Below are positions 18,444 through 28,388 of a stretch of 64,000 nt of DNA, one piece after another. Source of the DNA: Candidatus Versatilivorator sp. (lineage in GTDB: Bacteria > Acidobacteriota > Terriglobia > Versatilivoradales > Versatilivoraceae); contig OZ242296.1 of the NCBI GenBank assembly GCA_965207735.1, forward strand, positions 1,536,001 to 1,600,000, given 5' to 3'. A program made the translations under genes and the position numbers. The notes under the pieces were generated by a model, which was not told where the DNA came from, did not search any database, and worked only from the letters and a program-made list of their open reading frames with translations. Each line of letters starts with the position of its first letter. Position 1 is the first letter of the stretch.

Positions 18444-19930
18444 GAGCCTTTTGCAAAATTCGCAGATAGCGGGAATTTTCACGTGGGGAAAGATCAAGGA
18501 GGGCAGGTGGAAGGAGGGGCAAGACCACTGTCTGTTGTATCATGAAGGTGTCTGAACCACATGATGAACGGAGGTGGAACTTGCCCCTTAGGGAAACCCT
18601 ATCACGACACTGGTTCCGGTTTCAACGAGAGCTGTTTCCCCTGCTGGAGGAAGTTTTGGGGCCTCTGGGAGAGCGTTACCAGCGGCTGGTGCAGGTATTG
18701 GAGTTGGTGCGGGTGGAGGAGTTGCTGCCTTACAGTCGGGGCTGGCGTGGCCGGCCGCTGGAGGATCGGGCAGTGCTGGCGCGAGCCTATCTGGCGAAGT
18801 CGATGCTGGAGGTGGCGACCACGCGGGGATTGGTGGAGCGGCTGAGGAGTGAGGGGAGGCTGCGGCGGCTGTGCGGCTGGGAGAGGGCGTGGGAGGTACC
18901 GAGCGAGTCGACCTTCTCGCGGGCCTTTGCGGAATTCGCTGAGAGCGACCTGCCGGGGCGTTTGCACGAGGCATTGCTGGAGGAGACGCTGAAGGGCCAC
19001 TTGGCGGGGCATGTGTCGAGGGACTCGACGGCGATTGCGGGACGGGAAAAGCCAGCGGCCAAGGCTGCGCCGGAGGCCAAGCGGAAACGCCGGCGGGGCC
19101 GGCCGCCGAAGGGCGAGCGACGGCCCAAGCGGTTGAGCCGGCTGGAGCGGCAGGGGTCGATGACGCTGGAGGAAATGTTGAAGGAGTTGCCCAAGGCCTG
19201 CGACATCGGCGTCAAGCGCAACGCCAAGGGGCATCAGGAGAGCTGGACCGGCTACAAGCTACACCTCGACGCCATTGACGGCGGGATTCCGGTCAGTTGT
19301 CTGCTGACCTCGGCCTCGGTGCATGACTCTCAGGCAGCCATTCCGCTGGCGACGCTGACGGCAAGGCGGGTCGAGAGTCTCTACGACTTGATGGACAGCG
19401 CCTACGATGCGCCGGAGATCCGGGCCTTCAGTGAGAAGCTGGGGCATGTGCCGATTATTGACGTCAACCCCCGCCGAAGAGCTACCTTGAAAGCCGAGCG
19501 GAAGCGGGAGGCACTGGCCCGGCGCTGTATCGGCCAAGTGACTCCCGAGGCGCGGCGCTACCGGGAACGCTCGACGGTGGAGCGGGTCAACGGACGGCTC
19601 AAGGAGGAGTTTGGCGGGAGGCAGGTGAGGGTTCGCGGCCCCGACAAGGTGAGGTGCCACCTGATGTTCGGCATTCTGGCCCTGACGGTGGATCAGTTGA
19701 TGCGCCTGACGCTCTGAAGACCGGGTTGCCACCCCCAACCGCACAGCAGGTTCGCCCGCCTCAAGGCCGGGAGAGGGTAAGCTGTGCCTGCGTCCGGCGA
19801 CCGCTGGCCATCCGGCCATCAGATTCGGGCTTTTTCCTTCAAAAGGGTCTTTGCAGCTGGGTAGTCACCGCCGGAACATCACTGTTGCCAGCCCAATGTC
19901 ATGCCCGATTCCGAATTTTGCAAAAGGCTC
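18444..19930 (+). mobile_element. IS5/IS1182-like insertion sequence
   Basis: Perfect 19-bp TIRs GAGCCTTTTGCAAAATTCG; single DDE transposase; family assignment tentative. Confidence 0.88.
18542..19717 (+). CDS. DDE transposase
   Basis: VPSESTFSR, RDSTAI, GYKLH, MDSAYD, RSTVERVNGRLK; start uncertain. Confidence 0.9.
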   Translation: MKVSEPHDERRWNLPLRETLSRHWFRFQRELFPLLEEVLGPLGERYQRLVQVLELVRVEELLPYSRGWRGRPLEDRAVLARAYLAKSMLEVATTRGLVERLRSEGRLRRLCGWERAWEVPSESTFSRAFAEFAESDLPGRLHEALLEETLKGHLAGHVSRDSTAIAGREKPAAKAAPEAKRKRRRGRPPKGERRPKRLSRLERQGSMTLEEMLKELPKACDIGVKRNAKGHQESWTGYKLHLDAIDGGIPVSCLLTSASVHDSQAAIPLATLTARRVESLYDLMDSAYDAPEIRAFSEKLGHVPIIDVNPRRRATLKAERKREALARRCIGQVTPEARRYRERSTVERVNGRLKEEFGGRQVRVRGPDKVRCHLMFGILALTVDQLMRLTL

Positions 19931-20139
19931 AATCGCTATCAATTTCATGTGGGTGATTGGTGTAATCGGAAGTTGCAGACGCAACCAGGCCAGAGCCTCA
20001 GCATTCAGGGAATAACTCTCGCTCCTGCTATTCGGCAGGGATTGCCCAGAGATTGCAAGGGAAAGACCAGGAACGCGGCTAATCCGACCATCCCTGGCAG
20101 GAGAACCGTCAGGAGATTATGGTCATCGTACCTCCCTAG

Positions 20140-22202
20140 CCCATCTTTAACACGTCTTCCAAGTATACGTTTATCATCAACAGGTTACGAAGGCCTCAAC
20201 GCGCAAATGGCACTACAAACGCGTTGAAACCGGTGATTTGAGGGGGAATCAGACGATCATCTTGCGGACCCCTCCGGGAGCGGGATCGACACCCAGGGCG
20301 TCGTAGATGGCCTTCTGATCGGGTTCGGCCCGTGTGGCCTTGCGGACGTGCAAGGCGCGGTCGTCCTGACGCCGGAAGGTCACTGTGACCCGCTGCTGAC
20401 CTTCCAGGATGCGCCGCAACGTGGTCCAACTGGAGGCCTCGCCCCGCCGCTTGAGGCGTTTGCGGATGACCTGCACCAGTTGATAGGCGATGACCGTCAG
20501 AAACAGGTGACCCTCCGAGCGCACCGGCTTGTGATGATAGATGGGGCGCAGACCCAGCTCGGACTTCAGGGAGCGAAACACCGCTTCCACGTCGGTCAGA
20601 GTAGTGTAGGTGCGCCAGAGACTTTCCTCGTCCCAGTCGGTCTGATTGCTGCGCAGGCAGTAGACCCCCGGATGAGTGGCCATCGAGCCCTGGCGGGGAC
20701 GGTGCTTCCATCTCAGCGCTGTCGCCTCGCGGCCGCTCTCATCGGTGAGGACCTCGATGCTGTAGTGTTGCCCCACCCCGCGGCTCTGTTCCTTCAGCCG
20801 CCCGATCCTCTCCCGGACCTTCTCGATGCCTTTGTGAGTCCGCGGCCGGCTCAACCCCTCGGAGAGTCGGGTAAGCCCCTGCTCGAAGCGCCGGCTGAAG
20901 CGCTTCACGATGCCCTTCTCCTTCTCAGCCCGCTGCTGTGAGCGGCAGTAGAGACGCACTTCCTGCCCGTCATCGGAGACCTCCTTGTGGAGCTGCAAGG
21001 GAGCCTTGGAAGCCGTCTCCACCGTCAAGGCCGCCTCGGCATCGAACTGCCTCCGGCCCTGGCGGCTGGCCACCAGGTAGCGATACCCTTCCTGCCTCAG
21101 CCACTGGATCCGGTCCTCGGTCGCCACCCCCCGATCCATCACCACCAGCGCCTCCAGCATCCCCTCCAGGGTGCGGGGCTCATCCACCCTACCGGCAAAG
21201 ACCTCCGAGCGGCGCACAAACCCCGCCCCGTCCAGCACCAACCCCAGCGTCAGCAGCCGACAGTCGCTGCGCTTGTCCTTCGAGTGACCCCGCTCGGCCT
21301 TGGGCTGATGGCCGGCCGCCCCTTCGAAGAAGGTGTTGGTCAGATCGAACAGGGTGACGGTCGGCTCCAGATCGAACAACCCCATGGCCCGGGTGAAGAG
21401 GTGACGCTCGATGGCCTCCCGATGCTTCATCAGCGCGTCCGAGGCCCGATACATCTGCATCAGACTCAGGCTCTCGAAGTCAACCTCCAGCAACTCGCCC
21501 AAGCCGCTGCGCCGCCTGAGCCAGCCCCAGGTGGCCCGTTCCGAGCCGGGTCGGGCCAGACGGCCTACCATGGCCCCCATCGCCGCTGCCCGCATCGGTC
21601 CGTTCAGCCCTAACTCGGTTAGCAGATCCCCCAGCCCCAACTGCTCCAGTGCCCAGCAGCCGACCTGCTCCACCCCCACGCTGCGCGGACGTGTCAAGGC
21701 CACCGAATCCACCTCCACCGACTGCAGGTCCTCGGAAGAAGCCTCCCCAGCGATGCCGGTCACGTCGGCTTCGCCCTCAAGCAAGCGCTGGGCCATGCGG
21801 CTTCCTCCTCCAACGGGGTGGAAGCCACCGGCAAGAGAGGTAACTGACCGGTGAGGATCTGATCGAGACGGCGGCACAGCAGGGGCCAGTCCTCACGCGG
21901 GATCGAGAAGTTTCGACCGAGGTTGAGGAGGGTCTGCTGGCGGACCTTGCCGGAGAGGCGATGGGAGCGGACGAGGCGATGGGTGAAGTAGGTGTGGCCG
22001 GAATGGAGGCTGCGGGTCTGGGTGCGTCGGATGAACATGGGAGGGACGGTACCAGAGGAGAGAGACGGGGGGGGCAAGCCCATCCCATACGATGATGGCA
22101 CTACATTCACCTCTCCAACCAAGAATCAACAACTTACGGGTAATCTTAGGCCACAACGGGGGTAAAATCCCTCCAATCGGCCATTCCTATGTTAAAGATG
22201 GG
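20140..22202 (-). mobile_element. IS1634-family element
   Basis: TIRs CCCATCTTTAAC / GTTAAAGATGGG with CTAG on both flanks (20136-20139, 22203-22206). Confidence 0.88.
20249..22038 (-). pseudogene. IS1634 transposase, frameshifted near 21797
   Basis: N-terminus MFIRRTQTR...QQTLLNLG in one frame; FDLTNTFFEG, GHSKDKRSD, MDRG, VEAVFRSLKSELGLRPIYH in another. Confidence 0.85.
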
Positions 22203-22452
22203 CTAGTGTCGTATCTCAGAAATACGATTACCAACTCCGATGGAGGTTCCACCGGGAAAGGGTCGGTAGGAAAGGCGCCATAGCGATTCACCGAACCGGC
22301 ACCGTTGTGCTCTTCCTCTCCGGAATCTCCATCGGCCCAAGGGGCTAGGCCGTAGCGTCCAGATGTGGTTGGCAAGGACATGATTTGTGTAACACGCCTC
22401 AGGTCGGTCAACTCATCGCACGCGTCCTGGATGGGCTCCGCAGGCAGTCCTC

Positions 22453-23592
22453 TCAATAAATGCCGGGAATGATTCGATACTTCACCCGCGCCTGATACTC
22501 TGCCCACTTTTCGGCACCGTATTTCTCGGCACAGCACCTGTCGTCGTCACGCTGACGGAAAATGAACTGCAGGACGATGAAGACAAAGTAGGTCCAGGCC
22601 CAGGGATTGGTGAAGTAGCCGAATGCCAGGGCAATGGACAGGGAAATGAACCCTTCGCCCATGTAGTTGAAGTGGCGGGCGACACCCCAAAGACCACTGC
22701 ACAGGATCTTGCGGTCACCGGCTTCGATGGTTTCAGGCTCGATGAGCCCGAGAAACTTGCGCTCGGGCCATCGTTTGAATGTGTATTTCTGCAAGTTCGT
22801 GCCGCGCGAGATACCCCACCCCAACAGGAACAGCCCAGCCGTTCCGATGAGCCAGACGTAGGTCCATGCCGGGGAGAATCCGGGGTCCGGGTAAGCGGCC
22901 ATGCCCCACAACGGGAGGATGAACAGCCACCCGTAGACCATGAGGCCACCCCAGAACATCTTGAAGCCGAGATTCTCATGGATCACATCGTAGGTGTATA
23001 GCTGGACGCGCTCAAAGATGAAGTAGTCCAGAACGTAGAATGTAAAGAACGCCGCGAACAGGAGGACGCCTGGATTGGAGTCCTGGCCAAAGAGTTTGTA
23101 GTGGTAGGCAGCCCCGGACAGGGCGTTGAGCGACAACATCGTGCCACCGACGACATAGAAATACATCTTGACGTCGAAGCGCTCACTGAAGAACGACAGC
23201 TCCTGGGTGCGCCCGAACCACAACGCTAGGATCGGATTCTTTACCTTGCCTTGCGGCTGGCTGAACACCGCCAGGAACGTAAAGATGGTGGTAAAGACCG
23301 TTCCGCCTGCCACCGCATAGATCGAGGACCGGTAGAACCACTCACGTGACATCCCGGTGAGCTCGAGAGCCCACACGACGAGCGCGATCGCAAACACCAG
23401 AATACCGTTCAGCCGATAGTTGCGGGGCTTGCCGGTCTCCAGATTGATGACATAGCCGGGAACCCGCTTTCCCGGCAGAATGAGCTGTGCCAGCAAAAAC
23501 ACGGCAAAGATCGCCAGCGGGGTGAAAAAACCCGCAATCGCTTCCGTCCGCGAAAGCTCGAAAAGGTGGCCAATACCAAGCCATTCAATCAT
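22453..23592 (-). CDS. ERG4/ERG24-family sterol reductase
   Basis: Multi-TM; YRLNG, YDVIHENLGFK, LCSGLWGVARHFNYMGE, RQRDDDRCCAEKYG, VKYRIIPGIY. Confidence 0.9.
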   Translation of the reverse strand: MIEWLGIGHLFELSRTEAIAGFFTPLAIFAVFLLAQLILPGKRVPGYVINLETGKPRNYRLNGILVFAIALVVWALELTGMSREWFYRSSIYAVAGGTVFTTIFTFLAVFSQPQGKVKNPILALWFGRTQELSFFSERFDVKMYFYVVGGTMLSLNALSGAAYHYKLFGQDSNPGVLLFAAFFTFYVLDYFIFERVQLYTYDVIHENLGFKMFWGGLMVYGWLFILPLWGMAAYPDPGFSPAWTYVWLIGTAGLFLLGWGISRGTNLQKYTFKRWPERKFLGLIEPETIEAGDRKILCSGLWGVARHFNYMGEGFISLSIALAFGYFTNPWAWTYFVFIVLQFIFRQRDDDRCCAEKYGAEKWAEYQARVKYRIIPGIY

Positions 23593-23636
23593 GACCGAAT
23601 ACCCCTTCCTCCAGTGACGCGGTCATCAGAACAAGC

Positions 23637-24557
23637 TCATTTTTCCGGGATACAACCCAGTCTCGTGAACGGAATCAGCTTTGGCACCGAGGCCTGGTAC
23701 TTGCTGTAGGCGGGGTATTTTTCGCCGGAAATCTGCTCTCCGAGTCGTGTGGAGCCTTGAAAAACCAGTATCAACAGAACGCAGCCCAGACCCGTCCAGT
23801 GCCAGAACTGGCCTGAAGTGGAGACGGCAAATGCGTAGAACGTCACCCACATTCCCATCTCACAGAAATAGCTGGGGTGACGGCAGAATCGAAACAGGCC
23901 GCTGTCCATGAACGGCCGCGCCACTTCGCCCCCCTCTTGAATCAGACGTTTCTTGTTCTGTTGAAACCGCCACATCTGCGCATCGGCGATGCTTTCGAAA
24001 GTCAGCAATGCCAGAAATACCACGACGGCAACGAAATCCAGCCAGCCCATGGGTCGCTCGGCATACGCCCAGGCCTGATGAATGGGCGAGGTGAACAGCC
24101 ACACAACCGCCATCGGACCGATTGCGATGACAATTACGTTCATCAGTTGAAATTGCAGGCTGCTCATCTGTTTTCTGAGATAGATCCACCGATAGTCTTC
24201 GCCGCCAATCCAGTACCCTCCCTTGCGGGCGTAGTTGAAGGTCAGTCGTATCGCCCACATGGTCGCCAACAGGGTCATGACGTTGACGCGAGCCGATTGA
24301 AACTCCAGATCCAAAGCAACGATCAGGCAGTACACCGCCGGGAGGACCGACCATAGCCGGTCCACCCAGGAATACTCTCTCGTGAGGATTGAGAGCACCC
24401 AGCAGGTTGTGGCCAGGACGGTGCACAGATCCAGTGCGGATCCGTACGGCGTGCCGACGAGCGGGTGATCGATGAAGTTGAGGGAATTCATGAAGTACTC
24501 CAATGCGACGTCGTCCTCCAAGGCCAGCCGCAAGGCCTTGAGATGGCTACGTGCCAT
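23637..24557 (-). CDS. DUF1295 / steroid 5-alpha-reductase-like membrane protein
   Basis: YSWVDRLWS, GEDYRW, ADAQMWRF, GLFRFCRHPSYF; true start may be the ATG at 24491. Confidence 0.88.
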   Translation of the reverse strand: MARSHLKALRLALEDDVALEYFMNSLNFIDHPLVGTPYGSALDLCTVLATTCWVLSILTREYSWVDRLWSVLPAVYCLIVALDLEFQSARVNVMTLLATMWAIRLTFNYARKGGYWIGGEDYRWIYLRKQMSSLQFQLMNVIVIAIGPMAVVWLFTSPIHQAWAYAERPMGWLDFVAVVVFLALLTFESIADAQMWRFQQNKKRLIQEGGEVARPFMDSGLFRFCRHPSYFCEMGMWVTFYAFAVSTSGQFWHWTGLGCVLLILVFQGSTRLGEQISGEKYPAYSKYQASVPKLIPFTRLGCIPEK

Positions 24558-24666
24558 GTTCACTGTTCAGTTAATATAGCAGTTTTCTTAAATATATGCT
24601 ATAAGAGTGATATTTACTGTACAGCAAAAATCCAGAATGTGGGTGCTTGACGCGGAGGTTGAGGAT

Positions 24667-25743
24667 ATGGAAGGACAGCTGCTTGACCAGTTCCTCGAAG
24701 CCCTGCGGGGGCTACCCGAGGTGCAAGCGGAGTTGGGTCCGCCCCTACAGTCCGATGGGCCGAATCGGAAATATGACGCCCGGGTTGACCTTTGGGTGGG
24801 CGGGAAGGCTGTCACCCTGCTGATAGAGGTGAAGAAGGCCCTCTATCCTCGCGACGTGCGGCAGGCCCTTTGGCAATTCCAGGAATTCGCACGTAGATGG
24901 CCGCAATCGGCGGAAGGACGGCTAACAGTATCCTTCTTGGTTGCACAATCGATTTCACCTGGGGCTAAAGACCTGCTGAGGGACGAGCGGGTTGGCTACT
25001 ATGACAGCGGGGGCAGCCTGTTTCTCCCTGCCGACAACATCTACGTGTACGTGGATAGGCCACCTCCGAAGACCTTCTCGAAATCCATACGATCCTTGTT
25101 TTCAGGCCGTCGTGCGCAAGTGCTGCACCGGCTCCTGATACGGCATGGCGAGTGGTTCGGAGTCAAGGAGATCGCGGAGCAGGCGCGGGTCTCGCCCGCG
25201 ACCGCCTCGCAGGTGCTTACGAAACTGGAGAGGTTCGATTGGGTCGTGTCGCGCGGGCAGGGACCAACCAAGGAACGCCATCTGCGAGAGCCTGGCGCTT
25301 TGCTGGATGCATGGGCCAAGCAACTGGCGGTGATGAGGCCCCTTGCAATGCAGCGCTACTTTGTGCCCTCGGTGCGTGCGGAGGGGCTGGCCCAGAAGTT
25401 CGCCGAGGTCTGCGCTGCCTATAAGGCCGAATATGCGATCACTCACGAGTTGGCAGGGCAACGGTACGCTCCCTTTCTATCGACTGTCTCCCAGGTGCGT
25501 TGTCGGCTGATGCCCGGCGCCGCGGCAAATGAAACCCTTAGCGTACTCCATGCCCACATCGTCGACCAAGGCGCGAACCTTGCGGTCATCGAGGTTAAGT
25601 CATCCGGCGAGTTGCTGTTTCGCGAGCTGGTGGACGGGACTTGGCTGGCGAGTCCCGTCCAAGTCTACCTCGACCTTATGCGCAGCGAGGGCCGCGCCAG
25701 GGAAATGGCGAAGCACCTGCGCCAAGAAAGGATCGGTTTCTAA
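24667..25743 (+). CDS. AbiEi-like type IV antitoxin / transcriptional regulator
   Basis: Central HTH GVKEIAEQARVSPATAS; LASPVQVYLDL...GRAREMA C-terminus; GAGG SD before ATG 24667. Confidence 0.75.
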   Translation: MEGQLLDQFLEALRGLPEVQAELGPPLQSDGPNRKYDARVDLWVGGKAVTLLIEVKKALYPRDVRQALWQFQEFARRWPQSAEGRLTVSFLVAQSISPGAKDLLRDERVGYYDSGGSLFLPADNIYVYVDRPPPKTFSKSIRSLFSGRRAQVLHRLLIRHGEWFGVKEIAEQARVSPATASQVLTKLERFDWVVSRGQGPTKERHLREPGALLDAWAKQLAVMRPLAMQRYFVPSVRAEGLAQKFAEVCAAYKAEYAITHELAGQRYAPFLSTVSQVRCRLMPGAAANETLSVLHAHIVDQGANLAVIEVKSSGELLFRELVDGTWLASPVQVYLDLMRSEGRAREMAKHLRQERIGF

Positions 25744-26500
25744 TGGCGAAACCCGTCACCTTCGACGGCTACACCGATCAGTACACGGTCGATTGCGAGC
25801 GCGTTCTCGTGACCCTGCTGCGCGGATTGGGCCCCTGGAAGGAGTCGGTATATCTGGTTGGCGGCTTGACGCCGCGATACCTGGTGTTGGCTAGGCCACC
25901 GGCCGTGCCGGCGCATGCCGGCACGCTTGACGTGGATATCGTCATCGATCTGCAAATCCTGGCCGACACCGTGGGCTATAGCACCCTCGAGGATAACCTG
26001 CGAAGGATGAGGTTCGAGCGGTCCACAAACGACAAGGGGCAGAAGCTTTCGTGGCGGTGGCAGACCCGTACCGAACATGGCGCGCTGATGGTGGTAGAGC
26101 TACTCGGCGATGCGCCAGAGATCGCCGGTGGCAAGGTTGAGCCGCTGCCCACGAAAGGGACAATCTCCGCGCTCAACATCCCGCACTCGTCCATTGTCTT
26201 CGACCTGCACCAAGTCACGGAGAATCAAGCAGAGCTTCTTAACGGCGCAGGCACCGCCATTGAGCAAGTCAAACACGCCAATCTGGTGAGTTTCACTTGC
26301 TTGAAGGCGTTCGCCTTCGATCAGCGCTTCGAGCGCAAGGACGCGCATGACCTGGTCTATTGCATTGAGCACACGCCCGAGGGTCTCGACAGCGCCGCGG
26401 AGATGTTCCGCAACGCCCTGGAAAGCAGCCACGGCACAGTGATCTGGAACGCTTTGGCAATTCTTCGCAATCGTTTCACACGGGACCAAAATGCAGCACT
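25743..26500 (+). pseudogene. AbiEii-like nucleotidyltransferase toxin, 3'-truncated
   Basis: YLVGGL, HAGTLDVD, KDAHDL NTase motifs; TAATG coupling; frame runs into a repeat element at about 26492-26501. Confidence 0.7.
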
Positions 26501-26616
26501 GGGGACGTTGTTGAATTACTGGAATAACTTCGATCAGCCGCTCCTAAATTGCTTTGATTCAATAACATCTCCTACGTGCTCTCTACCAGTTATTCCTGTA
26601 ATTCAACAACGTCCCC
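26501..26616. mobile_element. 116-bp element with 28-bp terminal inverted repeats (copy 1)
   Basis: GGGGACGTTGTTGAATTACTGGAATAAC ... GTTATTCCTGTAATTCAACAACGTCCCC; second copy at 46002-46116. Confidence 0.85.
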
Positions 26617-26937
26617 TATTCGCTTCCCATTCAGGACATCCGGGAAAAAATCATCGAGCAACTGGCGGCCACCGAGAAGGCAAGCCTGAACTAAAGTGAA
26701 TTAACCGCGACAGTGACTTGCAAAGCCTCGCCACGCTGATCCGTGCTCGTGACCCCCTTTTAACCCCGACCCCGGAGCCCTGGACGCCCAGACTGGGCGT
26801 CAGCGGCGATTCTTCGAATATTCCGAGAGCCGATCTATAGATCAGAAAACCGACAATCCTATCTGCACCAAAACCCAATCCGCGACGTGTTGTGAGCCAG
26901 ACATGCCGCGGATTGCCTCCTTGAGAAACTCCGCCTT

Positions 26938-27141
26938 TTAGGCAGGTGTGACGTTCTCGGCGCAGGGGCCCTTTGGGCCTTGGCCGATTGTAAACGTCAC
27001 GCTATCGCCTTCGCGCATCGAGTCGATTGGCGTGCTCGTGCACGCGGACTGGTGGAAGAAGTATTCGATGCCGTCGGGTGCGGCGATGAAGCCGAAGCCC
27101 CTGTCGGTGATGCGCTTGATCGTGCCGGTAGTAGATGCCAT
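26938..27141 (-). CDS. Cold-shock domain protein
   Basis: GTIKRITDRGFGFI, FFHQSA, GPKGPCAENV; 67 aa. Confidence 0.92.
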   Translation of the reverse strand: MASTTGTIKRITDRGFGFIAAPDGIEYFFHQSACTSTPIDSMREGDSVTFTIGQGPKGPCAENVTPA

Positions 27142-27388
27142 ACGTGAGTCCTCCGATTGTAGTTGGCCGAAATGGGCCGTGAATGCGTCGAGGGGCACTG
27201 CCAAGTTGACTACGGCAGTGCGCTCTGCCTCCTCATGGGGCCGCGCGCCCTTTTGTAGCTGCTTTGGTGAGGCTTGGAGCTTCAGGTTCGGCAGAACGCC
27301 GAGAGTCAGCGGCAGGTCCCAAGACAGTAGCTGACTGAGCTTGCCACATTCCCACCACTTTGGCAAGGAGAGCGCCCGGAATCCGGGG

Positions 27389-27565
27389 TGCGGATGAGAT
27401 CGCAGCGTTCGCCAATGCGGACGGCGGTGTGCTGCTCTGCGGCATCACCGATGCAGGCAAGGTGCAGGGCATGTCTCGTGAATAGATTATCGAGTTGGAT
27501 TCTATTCTGGTCGAGGTGAGCTCCGACGCCATCAAACCAGCCGTTCGCATCCGCACCCATCGCGC
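27389..27565 (+). pseudogene. Schlafen/AlbA_2 domain fragment
   Basis: ADEIAAFANADGGVLLCGITDAG...MSRE*IIELD with an internal TAG. Confidence 0.7.
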
Positions 27566-27699
27566 ACAACTGGGGGTTGAATCCGGTAAGGGGAGAAATC
27601 CTGCGCTAAGAGCCGGTCACGGTTTTCTCGGCCATCGGTATTCGCCTGTCAGGAAAATATGAGCCCAGCCGAGGGGTGAGATATGTGCCAGCAGCTTGG

Positions 27700-27985
27700 G
27701 CAATCAACTCCGCTGCTCGCACCTCTAACTTCTTGCACTGAATGGTGCTCAGCTTTCTGATTTTGTCATCTACGTTCACAGCCGTGATTTCTTTTCCTTC
27801 TTCTTCAAACGGGCCAGATGGGCCGTGAAACGCCCATCGGCCTTGCGGACCAGCCTGCGGCAGAACCGCTTTTCATTGCTCCCTTACTTGTCCCATACAA
27901 CCAGCAGGATTACCTCCTGCTTCGTGTCGAAGGCGAAGGCCACTCTACATTCGCCGTACGCCGCACTGAACCTCGGTTCCTTCAG
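27700..27985 (-). pseudogene. RelE/HigB-like toxin and XRE antitoxin remnants
   Basis: CRVAFAFDTKQEVILLVVWDK*GSNEKRF...RKADGRF then VNVDDKIRKLS...RAAELIA. Confidence 0.7.
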
Positions 27986-28388
27986 GTTCACGGGGCAGGA
28001 GTCTTTAGGCGGGACGTAATTAACCTGGCGGGTACGTGCTTGGCGTATTGCATATTGGGGGCGGAGCACCATGCTGCTGCCGCCTACGCGGCTCGACTCG
28101 AACCCCCGGCTGGCGCCGGGGGACGTTTGAACCCCGTAGCTCTTCAGCCGCATAGGTGGCGACTTTATTACGTGCTCGGGTACCCATTGTCATCCCCGAG
28201 GGATGTTTGTCTGGAGCACCCCTGTTTCACCCGGTATGATGCGCCGCGTCGTATGGGGCGAGGTCGCAGCTCACCACGTACCCCGGACAAGCCAAGTCTA
28301 CGCGAATTGCGGCGTTGCATGCCTGCATTGAGGTTGTGCTACCAGACCACAGCGCCCTATGCCTCTGGCCGCCAACCCCGCACCGCCC

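Noticed and set aside
18444-18543. N-terminus of the 385-aa ORF 17386-18543
   Set aside because: It reads through the IS left end, so it is a chimeric artefact
19931-20139. Continuation of the PLD-like gene beyond the IS
   Set aside because: Manual translation gave no convincing in-frame continuation
21760-21880. Programmed frameshift in the IS1634 transposase
   Set aside because: No slippery run at the junction; it looks like a small deletion, with a second apparent deletion before VVMDRG
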